DNA of 64,000 nucleotides from a virus, in the IMG/VR virus record IMGVR_UViG_3300045135_000898, positions 1 to 64,000 of that record, one strand, 5' to 3'. The notes beneath the pieces were generated by a model that worked only from the letters and a program-made list of their open reading frames with translations, was not told the DNA's origin and did not search any database. Of the stretch, positions 52,138 to 60,466 are shown piece by piece. A program made the translations under genes and the position numbers. How positions within the stretch are numbered: position 1 is the first letter of the stretch; every line of letters begins with the position of its first letter.

Positions 52138-52551
52138 TCACTTATTGCCTATATTATATTTGGGACACAGATTCCAATCGTGTTTATCTTTAAAACCAAT
52201 AACTTTAATTTGACGCAGTGGAGCTATGTTACTGGCTTGGTCACGATTCACGACATCGATTAGACCCCAATCACTTAACAAAGTCGCAATCGTGTTACGA
52301 CGCTGGATATCATTCTCCATCAGATTAGAAGGCTTTCCATCTAATAGGAACAATTCTTTAAAATGCACAATGAAATAGCGACCTTGCTTATGTAGGATAT
52401 GGCAAGATTGATACAGTGTACGATCTTTTCTTGATGCGACTCCGATACGAGTCAACGTTTCTCGGACTTTGAGGAAATCGTCCGGTTCATTGATGGTAAC
52501 TTCCAGCATCATTGCCGGAGTCCATTCAATTGGTTTTTTATTTTCTTCCAC
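52138..52551 (-). CDS. regA: Translational repressor RegA
   Basis: PDDFLKVRETLTRIG, LYQSCHILHKQGRY-x-IVHFKELF. Confidence 0.96.
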   Translation of the reverse strand: MEENKKPIEWTPAMMLEVTINEPDDFLKVRETLTRIGVASRKDRTLYQSCHILHKQGRYFIVHFKELFLLDGKPSNLMENDIQRRNTIATLLSDWGLIDVVNRDQASNIAPLRQIKVIGFKDKHDWNLCPKYNIGNK

Positions 52552-52915
52552 CTTTGTTCACCTTTTGCTTTAACATTTCAATTTGTTCATTATTTAGTAA
52601 GGTCAAAGCTTGGCGAGCTTTTTCATCATTATAGCCATAATATTCTTTGACCAATTCAATCGATTCAGACTGCTCAGGTTTAAACCATTTTGAGAATCTT
52701 TTTCGTTTACGAATTGTATTTATAAGAAAATCGAATTGTAAACGATTGTCGATTTGATGGTATTTATTCATCTCGTTGGCATAGAATATTGTGTCGTTAA
52801 AATAAGAAAGGCCACGATTGACCATGAATGCCGAGTACTTCTTTTCGGCATCGTCGTCAACCATGATATCCTTCTTGGTGGAGTTAATTGCATTGAGATA
52901 TTCAAATGGATTCAT
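52538..52915 (-). CDS. 62: Clamp loader small subunit
   Basis: FMVNRGLSYF-x-D, ANEMN, QFDFL, RKRKRFSKW, YYGY. Confidence 0.92.
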   Translation of the reverse strand: MNPFEYLNAINSTKKDIMVDDDAEKKYSAFMVNRGLSYFNDTIFYANEMNKYHQIDNRLQFDFLINTIRKRKRFSKWFKPEQSESIELVKEYYGYNDEKARQALTLLNNEQIEMLKQKVNKGGRK

Positions 52916-53496
52916 GATATAGCCTGTGCAAGAGTTTGTAGTCGCATTACATCCATTGCGATATCATGACGTGGATCATGAGCAATGAACTTATCATCAA
53001 GTCCTTCTGGAATAAACTTATTGCTAAGTCCAGATCCATAAGACATACCTTCAATCATTGAGCGAGTATCACGAATAGTCCACCAAGGATATGGTTCAGG
53101 TTTACCAATATCCTTCATAATCTGTTCAGTGATAATAGGATCAAACGTATTACCGCGAGTGTAAATTGCTTTGACTCCTTCGCACCCTTCTTTGAAAATA
53201 TCATACAGCGCAGTGATTGATAAATCGTCTGCAGTAGGAGTTAACTGTGCATCACGTAGTTCCTTAGGACGTTCTCCCCACCAAGCAAGAGTATCTTTAT
53301 CGATTTTCTTGCCGTAGTTTTTAACTTGATCTTCAACGTCAAATTTAAATTCAACGCATGATTCAACAAGTTCAGAGAATGAGTAAGGATTTGATGTAAA
53401 GCGGTCAGTATCAAACTCAACGACAGCCAAAGATAAAACCGGTAGGGTACTTGGGTCCTTACCTAAGGTTTCGTAGTCATAAATTGCGCATTTCAT
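52912..53496 (-). CDS. dexA: DEDDh 3'-5' exonuclease (DexA-like)
   Basis: DYETLG, TL-x-WW, RG-x-x-FD, RDTRS, HDP-x-HD. Confidence 0.85.
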   Translation of the reverse strand: MKCAIYDYETLGKDPSTLPVLSLAVVEFDTDRFTSNPYSFSELVESCVEFKFDVEDQVKNYGKKIDKDTLAWWGERPKELRDAQLTPTADDLSITALYDIFKEGCEGVKAIYTRGNTFDPIITEQIMKDIGKPEPYPWWTIRDTRSMIEGMSYGSGLSNKFIPEGLDDKFIAHDPRHDIAMDVMRLQTLAQAIS

Positions 53497-53663
53497 ATTA
53501 TTAATCCTATACCGTGATTTGCGATTGCATTCAAAATAATAAAGATACCAACAACGACTTCGAATAACACAAGTACAGTCCTTACGATTGCAACCTTATC
53601 GGCTTCTCTGTCGGTTTTACCAGTTTTTGATCCTAACGCTTTTGCCCATATTTTCCACCACAT
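53493..53663 (-). CDS. 56-aa membrane protein (below ORF-track cutoff)
   Basis: MWWKIWAKALGSK...READKVAIVRT plus a TM segment; fills the gap between gene 44 and dexA. Confidence 0.6.
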   Translation of the reverse strand: MWWKIWAKALGSKTGKTDREADKVAIVRTVLVLFEVVVGIFIILNAIANHGIGLII

Positions 53664-54601
53664 CATTTCCACTCAGTGTTGGCCATGAGTTCAGTCATAC
53701 AGGCAACGACGTTAAGTTCAGCATCAGCAACAAACGCTGCTTTATACTGATAGTCAGCAAGAATCAAGACAATCTGAGGGACAGACTGTTGTTGAGCCTT
53801 ATCAGCCATTACATCGTAAATTGAGCGGAAAATAACTTGAGGTTCAACATCAATATTATCAACAACCCACTTACGCATTGTCTTGAAGTCTTTTTCCTTC
53901 AACGATTTGACCAAAGCATTAATGCTATCCTCAGTCATATCGACCAATGCGCCAGCATCGATCTTACCTGATACGGAATAACGCTGTACTTCGTTTAGAA
54001 CACGACGCCAATCTGGGAAGTGTTTTTCAACAAGCATAGCAAGTGCTTTAGGTTCAAAGTCAACGTTTTCGGTTTGGAGAATACCGCCTAAACGTTTGAA
54101 GAAAGATGCTGCGATCTGTGGCTTCTGTGAAACTGGAATCGCAAACTCATAAACTGAACATCGAGAATGGAGAGGCTCGATGATACGATTCTTAAAGTTA
54201 CACGTGAGGATAAAGCGACAGTTATTACTAAACTCCTCAATGAAGCCACGGAGCGCAGGCTGAGTTGACTGAGGATTAAGGTAATCAGCCTCATCGAGGA
54301 TAACTACTTTATAACCACCAGTCAGTGAGACTGTAGATGCGAATTGCTTGATCTTCCCACGAAGAGTATCAATGTTACCTTCTTCAGAACCGTTAATGAT
54401 GATATAGTCGAGATCAAGCTCATTACATAATGCACGAGCAACAGTGGTCTTACCAACACCGGCAGTACCACTAAACATCATATTAGGCAATTCACCGCCT
54501 TCTACAATCTTCGAGAAAGTATCCTTTAGCGATTGCGGCAGGATACATTCGTCGATCTTACGTGGACGATACTTTTCGACCCACAGGAATTCATTAGACA
54601 T
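53663..54601 (-). CDS. 44: Clamp loader ATPase subunit
   Basis: LWVEKYRP, GTAGVGKTT, ILDEAD, LHSRC, FPDWRR. Confidence 0.96.
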   Translation of the reverse strand: MSNEFLWVEKYRPRKIDECILPQSLKDTFSKIVEGGELPNMMFSGTAGVGKTTVARALCNELDLDYIIINGSEEGNIDTLRGKIKQFASTVSLTGGYKVVILDEADYLNPQSTQPALRGFIEEFSNNCRFILTCNFKNRIIEPLHSRCSVYEFAIPVSQKPQIAASFFKRLGGILQTENVDFEPKALAMLVEKHFPDWRRVLNEVQRYSVSGKIDAGALVDMTEDSINALVKSLKEKDFKTMRKWVVDNIDVEPQVIFRSIYDVMADKAQQQSVPQIVLILADYQYKAAFVADAELNVVACMTELMANTEWK

Positions 54602-54628
54602 TTACAGATTCTCCATTATAAAAAACAT

Positions 54629-54661
54629 ATTATATCACATTCAACCAACAAATGTAAATAG
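54629..54661 (-). promoter_or_regulatory. Promoter, CTATTTACA class
   Basis: GCTATTTACA-N18-TATAAT. Confidence 0.6.
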
Positions 54662-54675
54662 CTAATTTGAAAAAT

Positions 54676-54751
54676 TGGTGCCGGCACCAAGAGTCGAACT
54701 CGGGACATCTTCATTACAAGTGAAGCGCTCTACCTACTGAGCTATACCGGC
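54676..54751 (-). tRNA. tRNA-Thr(TGT)
   Basis: GCCGGTA TAGCTCAGTAGGTAGAGC CTTCA CTTGTAA TGAAG...TTCGACT...TGCCGGC A CCA. Confidence 0.94.
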
Positions 54752-54883
54752 ATAAAACCTCTTACGAGGTTGGTGCGATCTAATACGTGCCTAGATGCGC
54801 ATGGCAGGGATGTAAGCTAGTTCCCTGTTTTTGATACACTCATTGACATGGCTTCACTCATAGTTAATCAATGTATCGAAATT

Positions 54884-54959
54884 TGGCTCCTCGACCTGGA
54901 CTCGAACCAGGGACCAATAGATTAACAGTCTACTGCTCTACCAACTGAGCTATCGAGGA
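54884..54959 (-). tRNA. tRNA-Asn(GTT)
   Basis: TCCTCGA TAGCTCAGTTGGTAGAGC GTAGA CTGTTAA TCTAT...TTCGAGT...TCGAGGA G CCA. Confidence 0.94.
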
Positions 54960-55020
54960 ATAAAGCCTTTTCGCGGCCAACGATCATTCACTATGTGGGG
55001 AATGATACCCAAATTATATA

Positions 55021-55335
55021 TTAACCGAACAATTCTTCGTAGAGACCTTCGATCTCTTCATACTCGGTTTGTACCTGGGCAAAAGTTTGTTTATGGTACA
55101 TAGACGCCAACTTCTTGATGTATTTCTTATCTACACCAGTTTCATCGGCAACTTTATCTACAGCTTCTTTTTGAAAATCACGTTCAGCATCAATACGAGT
55201 CATGCTGTTGCTGATTTCGCCAATAGCTTTCGACAGACGTTCTTTATCTTTAGGATTGGTAATCATTTCAAGTAGTGCTCCAAATTGTTTACGGATTTCT
55301 GTACGTACGATATCGTCACGTGCTTCTGTGTTCAT
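55021..55335 (-). CDS. T4 DsbA-like double-stranded DNA-binding protein
   Basis: EIS-x-S-x-x-RI-x-AE...KKLA-x-MYHKQ...E-x-LYE-x-LF. Confidence 0.65.
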   Translation of the reverse strand: MNTEARDDIVRTEIRKQFGALLEMITNPKDKERLSKAIGEISNSMTRIDAERDFQKEAVDKVADETGVDKKYIKKLASMYHKQTFAQVQTEYEEIEGLYEELFG

Positions 55336-55363
55336 AATAAGGTCCTAAGATAAGTGCCGCGGA

Positions 55364-55603
55364 TTACTCCGCAGCGGTTTCTTCAGTTTCAGCTTCTTCA
55401 GTTTCTTCCTGAGCTGGGGCATTAGCCTGTACGAATGCAGCGATGCGACCACGTACTTGGCCAACAGATTCCAATTCAGCACCTTCGAATGCACCTCGTT
55501 TTGAGCATACATCGATGATTTGAATTACTGCAGCAAGATCGCCAAGGCCAAGGCCGACAGCTTGTTCTTCGGTTGCAGTTTCAGTTGCAGTGGTATCAGT
55601 CAT
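55364..55603 (-). CDS. Conserved acidic hypothetical protein (start MTDTT)
   Basis: DL...IIDV-x-SKRGAF-x-G-x-EL-x-x-VG motif; AGGAG RBS. Confidence 0.7.
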   Translation of the reverse strand: MTDTTATETATEEQAVGLGLGDLAAVIQIIDVCSKRGAFEGAELESVGQVRGRIAAFVQANAPAQEETEEAETEETAAE

Positions 55604-55604
55604 A

Positions 55605-56279
55605 TCATTCTCCTGTAGTTGATGACTTTTCAAGGGCGATGAAGTATTCAGTTCCATCTTCGTTAGTGAATCGGGAGATTAGCTTCGAAGAAATATCAAC
55701 GTTGTAATCACCTGATGTCAGTTTAAAATTAGCAATTGTAAATACATATTTGAAACCTGATGTTTCAGATGTACCTGCCTGTAGTTCAATCTTGAACGAG
55801 TTAGCAGTTGAGTTTTTAGTGTCAGTAACAATACCAACAAGTTGTCCATCTTCTTCAGTGATAACCAACTCTGATACACCAAGAGCAGATGCCGCTTTAC
55901 GAATAGAAGCAAGATCTTCGGAAGTAAGAGTAAAGTTAACATCAACTGCCGGCATATTTATATCCTTACCTGGAGTAGTGAGGATTTCCGGATCAGAGAA
56001 GAAGTAACGAACTGAACTGCGACCTTCGCGTACAGTTACGCTGTTCATATCAGGTGCAAAGTCAAGATCTGGGTCATTAAACATACCGTACACCGATAGG
56101 AATTCGCCAAGATCGTAAATACCAAATGTACCTTCGAATGTTTCAGCGACTTCAGCTTTAGCTAGAACGTTCTTAGCTTCAGCCATTGTACGAAGTACGT
56201 TACCTTCTTGGATAACGATGTTTGAGTTGATGGTCGCAAAGTTCTTAAGCAGATTGACCGTATCAGCAGAAAGTTTCAT
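55605..56279 (-). CDS. 45: Sliding clamp
   Basis: MKLS-x-DT-x-x-LLKNFATIN, FGIYDL-x-EFL, Y-x-IALE. Confidence 0.95.
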   Translation of the reverse strand: MKLSADTVNLLKNFATINSNIVIQEGNVLRTMAEAKNVLAKAEVAETFEGTFGIYDLGEFLSVYGMFNDPDLDFAPDMNSVTVREGRSSVRYFFSDPEILTTPGKDINMPAVDVNFTLTSEDLASIRKAASALGVSELVITEEDGQLVGIVTDTKNSTANSFKIELQAGTSETSGFKYVFTIANFKLTSGDYNVDISSKLISRFTNEDGTEYFIALEKSSTTGE

Positions 56280-56315
56280 AGTGTAGTTCACCTTTTTTCA
56301 TTAGACAGTAGAGCT

Positions 56316-56347
56316 ATTATACAACAGTTTAAACCAAATGTAAATAG
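56316..56347 (-). promoter_or_regulatory. Promoter, CTATTTACA class
   Basis: GCTATTTACA-N17-TATAAT-AGCTC. Confidence 0.8.
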
Positions 56348-56635
56348 CTAGCAAGGATTAAATGGGCCTTTTAATCGTTCTTGTTGAATTCTATATATAA
56401 GCAGATATCCAAGCAAGTCAAGAATAACATCTTCGCCTGCATTGTCTCCACGTTTCAGTCGACTGAGCTTGTCGTCAATACGAACGTTCAATTGCTCAAG
56501 TGCGTCTGACTTTGAAAAGATACGTACAGGGTCCAATGCCGAATCACCGTACGCTTCATTCTTTTTCGTTAGCAAATTTTCGATTTCAAATAAGACCGAA
56601 GCCAATTCACTTTTAAACTTTTCTTGATTATCCAT
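56348..56635 (-). CDS. Nucleotide-modification-associated domain 1 (DUF1599-like) protein
   Basis: LL-x-KKN-x-x-YGDS, VRIDDKLSR, ED-x-x-x-DL-x-GY; start MDNQ. Confidence 0.75.
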   Translation of the reverse strand: MDNQEKFKSELASVLFEIENLLTKKNEAYGDSALDPVRIFSKSDALEQLNVRIDDKLSRLKRGDNAGEDVILDLLGYLLIYRIQQERLKGPFNPC

Positions 56636-56645
56636 TATATCTCCA

Positions 56646-57806
56646 TTAGTTAAATGCAGCAGAGATGGCGTCATCGATCGCTGATTCGCGGTCCATGATT
56701 TCGCCTTCAACTTCGGTGGTACCTAGGCTGCCATCTACTTTACTATATAAGTCAAGGAATGCTTCCTTAACATCGGCGTCGAAACGATTCACACAAAGTT
56801 CAACAGCTTTCTTACGATCTTCGAAGATGCTGTACGTCTGTGCGATGTGACATAGACGGCGTGTCGAGATTACCTCGTCCACACCACCATCATCGTAGGT
56901 CTTACGGATAGTTTCAGACCAAATTGCCAACAACTCTGCAAATTCGTTATCAGTAGCATTAAATTTATCAAGATGCTTATTGATAATCTTACGCTCAGTT
57001 GCAAGAGTTGGATAAGGCTGTTCCATTGTAATGGTAAAACGCTCTAGGAACGCCTCATCGATGATGGTAGCCGCGATAAAGCGACCGTCTTCAGAGCCAC
57101 GACCTTTTGTGTTCGCAGTAGCGACCACGTTGAAACCTGGAGCAGGAGTAACCACTTCACCAGTTTTCTTAATCATTACCGGCTTACCTTCGAGGACGCC
57201 CTGCAAGGCCATGATCTTGTTGGAGCCACGATCGATCTCGTCAATTAGAAGCAAAGCACCAGCTTCCATGGCTTTCACAACAGGACCTTTAGCAAAAACT
57301 GTCTCACCTTTAATGAGACGGAAACCGCCTAGCAGGTCGTCCTCGTCGGTCTCAGGAGTAATCTGAACTCGAACGTACTCACGATTAAGTTTAGCACAAG
57401 CTTGCTCAACCATCGTGGTTTTACCGTTACCGCTCAATCCTGAGATGTAAGTCGGATAAAATTGTTTTGATCCTACGATCATTTCGATGTCTTTAGAGTT
57501 ACCCCATGCGACGTAACAGTCATCTTTAGAGGGAACATACACATCTTCGTTCATAACTGATTGTACAGCGGAAGCCAATGGTTTCTTCTCCTCGGTAATA
57601 GGGTTATCTTGACGGAATGCAACTACCGCACCGGCCATGTCATAAACACCACGACGAACCGATGGGAACTGCTTAACATATTTATAAGCCTCGGCATTAC
57701 GCATACCGAGAGATTTTGTAACTTCAAGTACATGGCGAGGAGCGAATTCAGTCTGATCCACGAAGCGAGCCGCGAGTTCAGCAGTGATACGATCAAATGT
57801 AGACAT
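56646..57806 (-). CDS. MoxR/CobS-like AAA+ ATPase
   Basis: GLSGNGKT, ETDEDDLLGGF, LLIDEID, TANTKG, EAFLERF, STRRL. Confidence 0.92.
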   Translation of the reverse strand: MSTFDRITAELAARFVDQTEFAPRHVLEVTKSLGMRNAEAYKYVKQFPSVRRGVYDMAGAVVAFRQDNPITEEKKPLASAVQSVMNEDVYVPSKDDCYVAWGNSKDIEMIVGSKQFYPTYISGLSGNGKTTMVEQACAKLNREYVRVQITPETDEDDLLGGFRLIKGETVFAKGPVVKAMEAGALLLIDEIDRGSNKIMALQGVLEGKPVMIKKTGEVVTPAPGFNVVATANTKGRGSEDGRFIAATIIDEAFLERFTITMEQPYPTLATERKIINKHLDKFNATDNEFAELLAIWSETIRKTYDDGGVDEVISTRRLCHIAQTYSIFEDRKKAVELCVNRFDADVKEAFLDLYSKVDGSLGTTEVEGEIMDRESAIDDAISAAFN

Positions 57807-57840
57807 AATGTAATCCTCAGTTTTTCAAATTGATAGGGCT

Positions 57841-57872
57841 ATTATACCCCATCTCAATCATAATGTAAATAG
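57841..57872 (-). promoter_or_regulatory. Promoter, CTATTTACA class
   Basis: CTATTTACA-N17-TATAAT-AGCCCTATCAAT. Confidence 0.8.
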
Positions 57873-57908
57873 TTTTGTTAGAATAATTTGTTCTAACAGA
57901 GAAGGTTT

Positions 57909-58130
57909 TTATACCTCCTCGATGAAGTCCTCGGCAGGAGTATAACCAAGTTGTTCAGTAAGTTCGGTGATGTAATGAATGTTATCAGAAGAAAAGCGGT
58001 AAAGAGGATTGCCGCCGCCTGGGCCAAATTCTTTAATAAGTTCAGCGATACAGCCGTGATCTTCAGCGAATTGTTTTACAGCAGAAAAAGAAGTTTCAGC
58101 AGTAATGTCAAGATAAGCAGTGTAAGTCAT
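57909..58130 (-). CDS. Small hypothetical protein (start MTYT)
   Basis: GPGGGNP motif; AAGGA RBS. Confidence 0.65.
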   Translation of the reverse strand: MTYTAYLDITAETSFSAVKQFAEDHGCIAELIKEFGPGGGNPLYRFSSDNIHYITELTEQLGYTPAEDFIEEV

Positions 58131-58161
58131 GTGCGATTCCTTTTGTTTAATTGATGGAGCT

Positions 58162-58191
58162 ATTATACCCCACCATCTGCTACTTGTAAAC
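58162..58191 (-). promoter_or_regulatory. Early promoter
   Basis: AAAAAAAATGTTTACA-N17-TATAAT-AGCTCC. Confidence 0.8.
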
Positions 58192-58231
58192 ATTTTTTTT
58201 CACCTTTTTAGAACTTTGAGGAATAACCTTA

Positions 58232-60355
58232 TTACGCTACGGCCTGAGCAAATTGTACGGCCATTGCGCGGTTACCTTTTTTCGATTTAGCGAACTTCTT
58301 GAATGCTCGAGCGATATCGCCTTTCTTAGCATTATCCTTGACATCAAACTCATCGTCAATAGCATCCTGACGACCGTCAAGAACGAAGTAAGTATCATAG
58401 CCGATGGCACCAACCTGGGCAACCTTCTTATCACGAAGTTCTTTACGGATTTCAGAGTATTCATTGTAAAAGCGGTGGCGAATATCACGAAGGTTATTAA
58501 TGATAAAGTAACCTACAATGTTAATACCACTCTTACGCATACACTCAAGAATTTCCTTAGTACCTGCAGAACGGCTATGACGCTTGATTTTAACATTTTT
58601 GTTATTCATACGAAGAATGATATCGTTGTAGCCATAACTGCCATTACCAACAACGTCCAACCAACCGCCTTCACCATCCGTAATTGTAACTAGGTTGATC
58701 TTCTGAACTGCATTCTTACCTTTAAACTCTTTAATAAGTTCATTCATAATGATAAGAGTTTCATTCAGAGGAGTACCACCAAGCGCGTCGATATCCGACA
58801 TGAATGGCATTGACCAACGATCACGGCTATAAGCAACGTACAAAGATTGGGCTGCTGCTGTGAAATCAGTCTTGTTCATAGTAGAAGATAACTGCTGTAC
58901 AAGATTCAGTGAACTACAGTTAATTTCACCGTCTTTCTGATTCAGATTTTCGTGTTGGTTTTTCCATGAATTAGTCGTAAATGAGTAAATCTCAAATGGG
59001 ATACCAACTTTACGACAGAACATAGCAAGAACGATTGCTTGGTCGATAACATTACGAAGTACGTCTTGCATAGAACCGCTGAAGTCAATTACAGCAACCA
59101 AGCCGTGGTTCTTAGCATCAGCAAGTGTAGTTGAACGAAGGAACAAATCATCATTGAACTTGTATGAATGTAGTTTAGTTACGTCAAGTGAACCTGATTT
59201 TGAAGTTTTAGCACGAGCATGTTGGAATGCAGCTTTACGCATTTCAAACTCTTTAGCCATAGTGTTAACGGTTTTCTTAGATTCATCCATGAAATTGTTA
59301 AACTCGTTAACGGCTTCTTCATACTGATTAGCAACATAGCGATCCGTTGCGATAACCGAAGAAACGTGTTCACGTCGCATAGCTACCGCTTCTTTAGCAG
59401 GAACCAATACGTTTTTGATAGTTTCTTTTGAAATACCAATAGTAACAGTAGGTAGATCACCACGTCCGTTTGTTTCAAGCAGCTCTTCTTCTTTTTCACG
59501 GAAAGCGTTATCAGTCATAACTTCATCGATATTGCCATCTTGACCAGCCGATTTAATTGGCTCTGACTTAGATTCTTCTTTTACTTCATCATTATTATCA
59601 GCAGGAGCTGTATCTTTTCCAAAATCTTCAGACTTATTTTCTGAACCTTCGTCTTGTTTGGAGTTGCTCTCAGCTTTGCTGCTTTCATCCTGACTTTCGT
59701 CGTTAGATTCAACTTCAACTTCAGTGTCTCCACTTGAAGGTGTAAAATCATCGTCATCACCCGATTCTTGAACCGACGGAGCTTCTCCTGGGTTACAACA
59801 TTCATCTTTCTTTTTCTCCTTCAACCATTCGTAGATAGTTGCACAAGCTTCAAGTACTTCTTCAAATGTGGTAGGACTTGTAGCAATTTTTACGTAATCA
59901 AGCTCTTCAGCTGTAAATGGAACATCCATAAGATCACGAGCTTTAGCTTTAATGTTAAGACGATCCATGAAACCTAGAGATTCCATAGGACGATCAGCTG
60001 TACCAAAGAAATCACGTTCGATCAATTCCATGTAACCACGCTTAAATGAACCTTTTAGCCCAGGGTATTTAGCCTGCACCAAACGTTCAATACGGATATC
60101 TTCAATGATATTGATATATGAGCGAGGGAAGTCGTATGACTTGTCAGATTCGTGCCATCCTTCAGAAGGCGTATAAAGGGCGTGGCCTACCTCATGTCCT
60201 GTAAGTAGGTCTTCAAGGTCTTTGCCGATTTCCTTCCAAATCGGCATGTATAGTACACGATTTACGACATCGAATGCTGCCGTACGAGTACCTTTGTATA
60301 CTACATCTATATTTTCAGTGGCAAGTAGTTTGGCTAATACAGAAGTACGAGACAT
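58232..60355 (-). CDS. HExxH peptidase-like / acidic linker / vWA (CobT-like) partner of the AAA ATPase
   Basis: HEVGHALYT, NIIEDIRIE, acidic linker, DFSGSM (MIDAS), GGTPL, ITDGE. Confidence 0.88.
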   Translation of the reverse strand: MSRTSVLAKLLATENIDVVYKGTRTAAFDVVNRVLYMPIWKEIGKDLEDLLTGHEVGHALYTPSEGWHESDKSYDFPRSYINIIEDIRIERLVQAKYPGLKGSFKRGYMELIERDFFGTADRPMESLGFMDRLNIKAKARDLMDVPFTAEELDYVKIATSPTTFEEVLEACATIYEWLKEKKKDECCNPGEAPSVQESGDDDDFTPSSGDTEVEVESNDESQDESSKAESNSKQDEGSENKSEDFGKDTAPADNNDEVKEESKSEPIKSAGQDGNIDEVMTDNAFREKEEELLETNGRGDLPTVTIGISKETIKNVLVPAKEAVAMRREHVSSVIATDRYVANQYEEAVNEFNNFMDESKKTVNTMAKEFEMRKAAFQHARAKTSKSGSLDVTKLHSYKFNDDLFLRSTTLADAKNHGLVAVIDFSGSMQDVLRNVIDQAIVLAMFCRKVGIPFEIYSFTTNSWKNQHENLNQKDGEINCSSLNLVQQLSSTMNKTDFTAAAQSLYVAYSRDRWSMPFMSDIDALGGTPLNETLIIMNELIKEFKGKNAVQKINLVTITDGEGGWLDVVGNGSYGYNDIILRMNNKNVKIKRHSRSAGTKEILECMRKSGINIVGYFIINNLRDIRHRFYNEYSEIRKELRDKKVAQVGAIGYDTYFVLDGRQDAIDDEFDVKDNAKKGDIARAFKKFAKSKKGNRAMAVQFAQAVA

Positions 60356-60380
60356 ATGATTTCCTCCATTTGATAGAGCT

Positions 60381-60412
60381 ATTATATCTATAGTTTCGCC
60401 TTCTGTATATAG
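60381..60412 (-). promoter_or_regulatory. Promoter (TATACA -35 variant)
   Basis: GCTATATACA-N17-TATAAT-AGCTCTATCAAAT. Confidence 0.7.
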
Positions 60413-60466
60413 CCAGAGTGAAAAAAGTTAGAATATTTAGGAATATCCTTAGAACTTTCAGGAATA

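Noticed and set aside
58207-58235. Alphaproteobacterial LexA box (GAAC-N7-GAAC) as the upstream promoter motif
   Set aside because: Spacing and half-sites do not match consistently
56646-60355. Cobalamin biosynthesis (cobS/cobT) auxiliary genes
   Set aside because: Generic MoxR AAA plus vWA pair common in T4-like phages; no cobN or other cob genes
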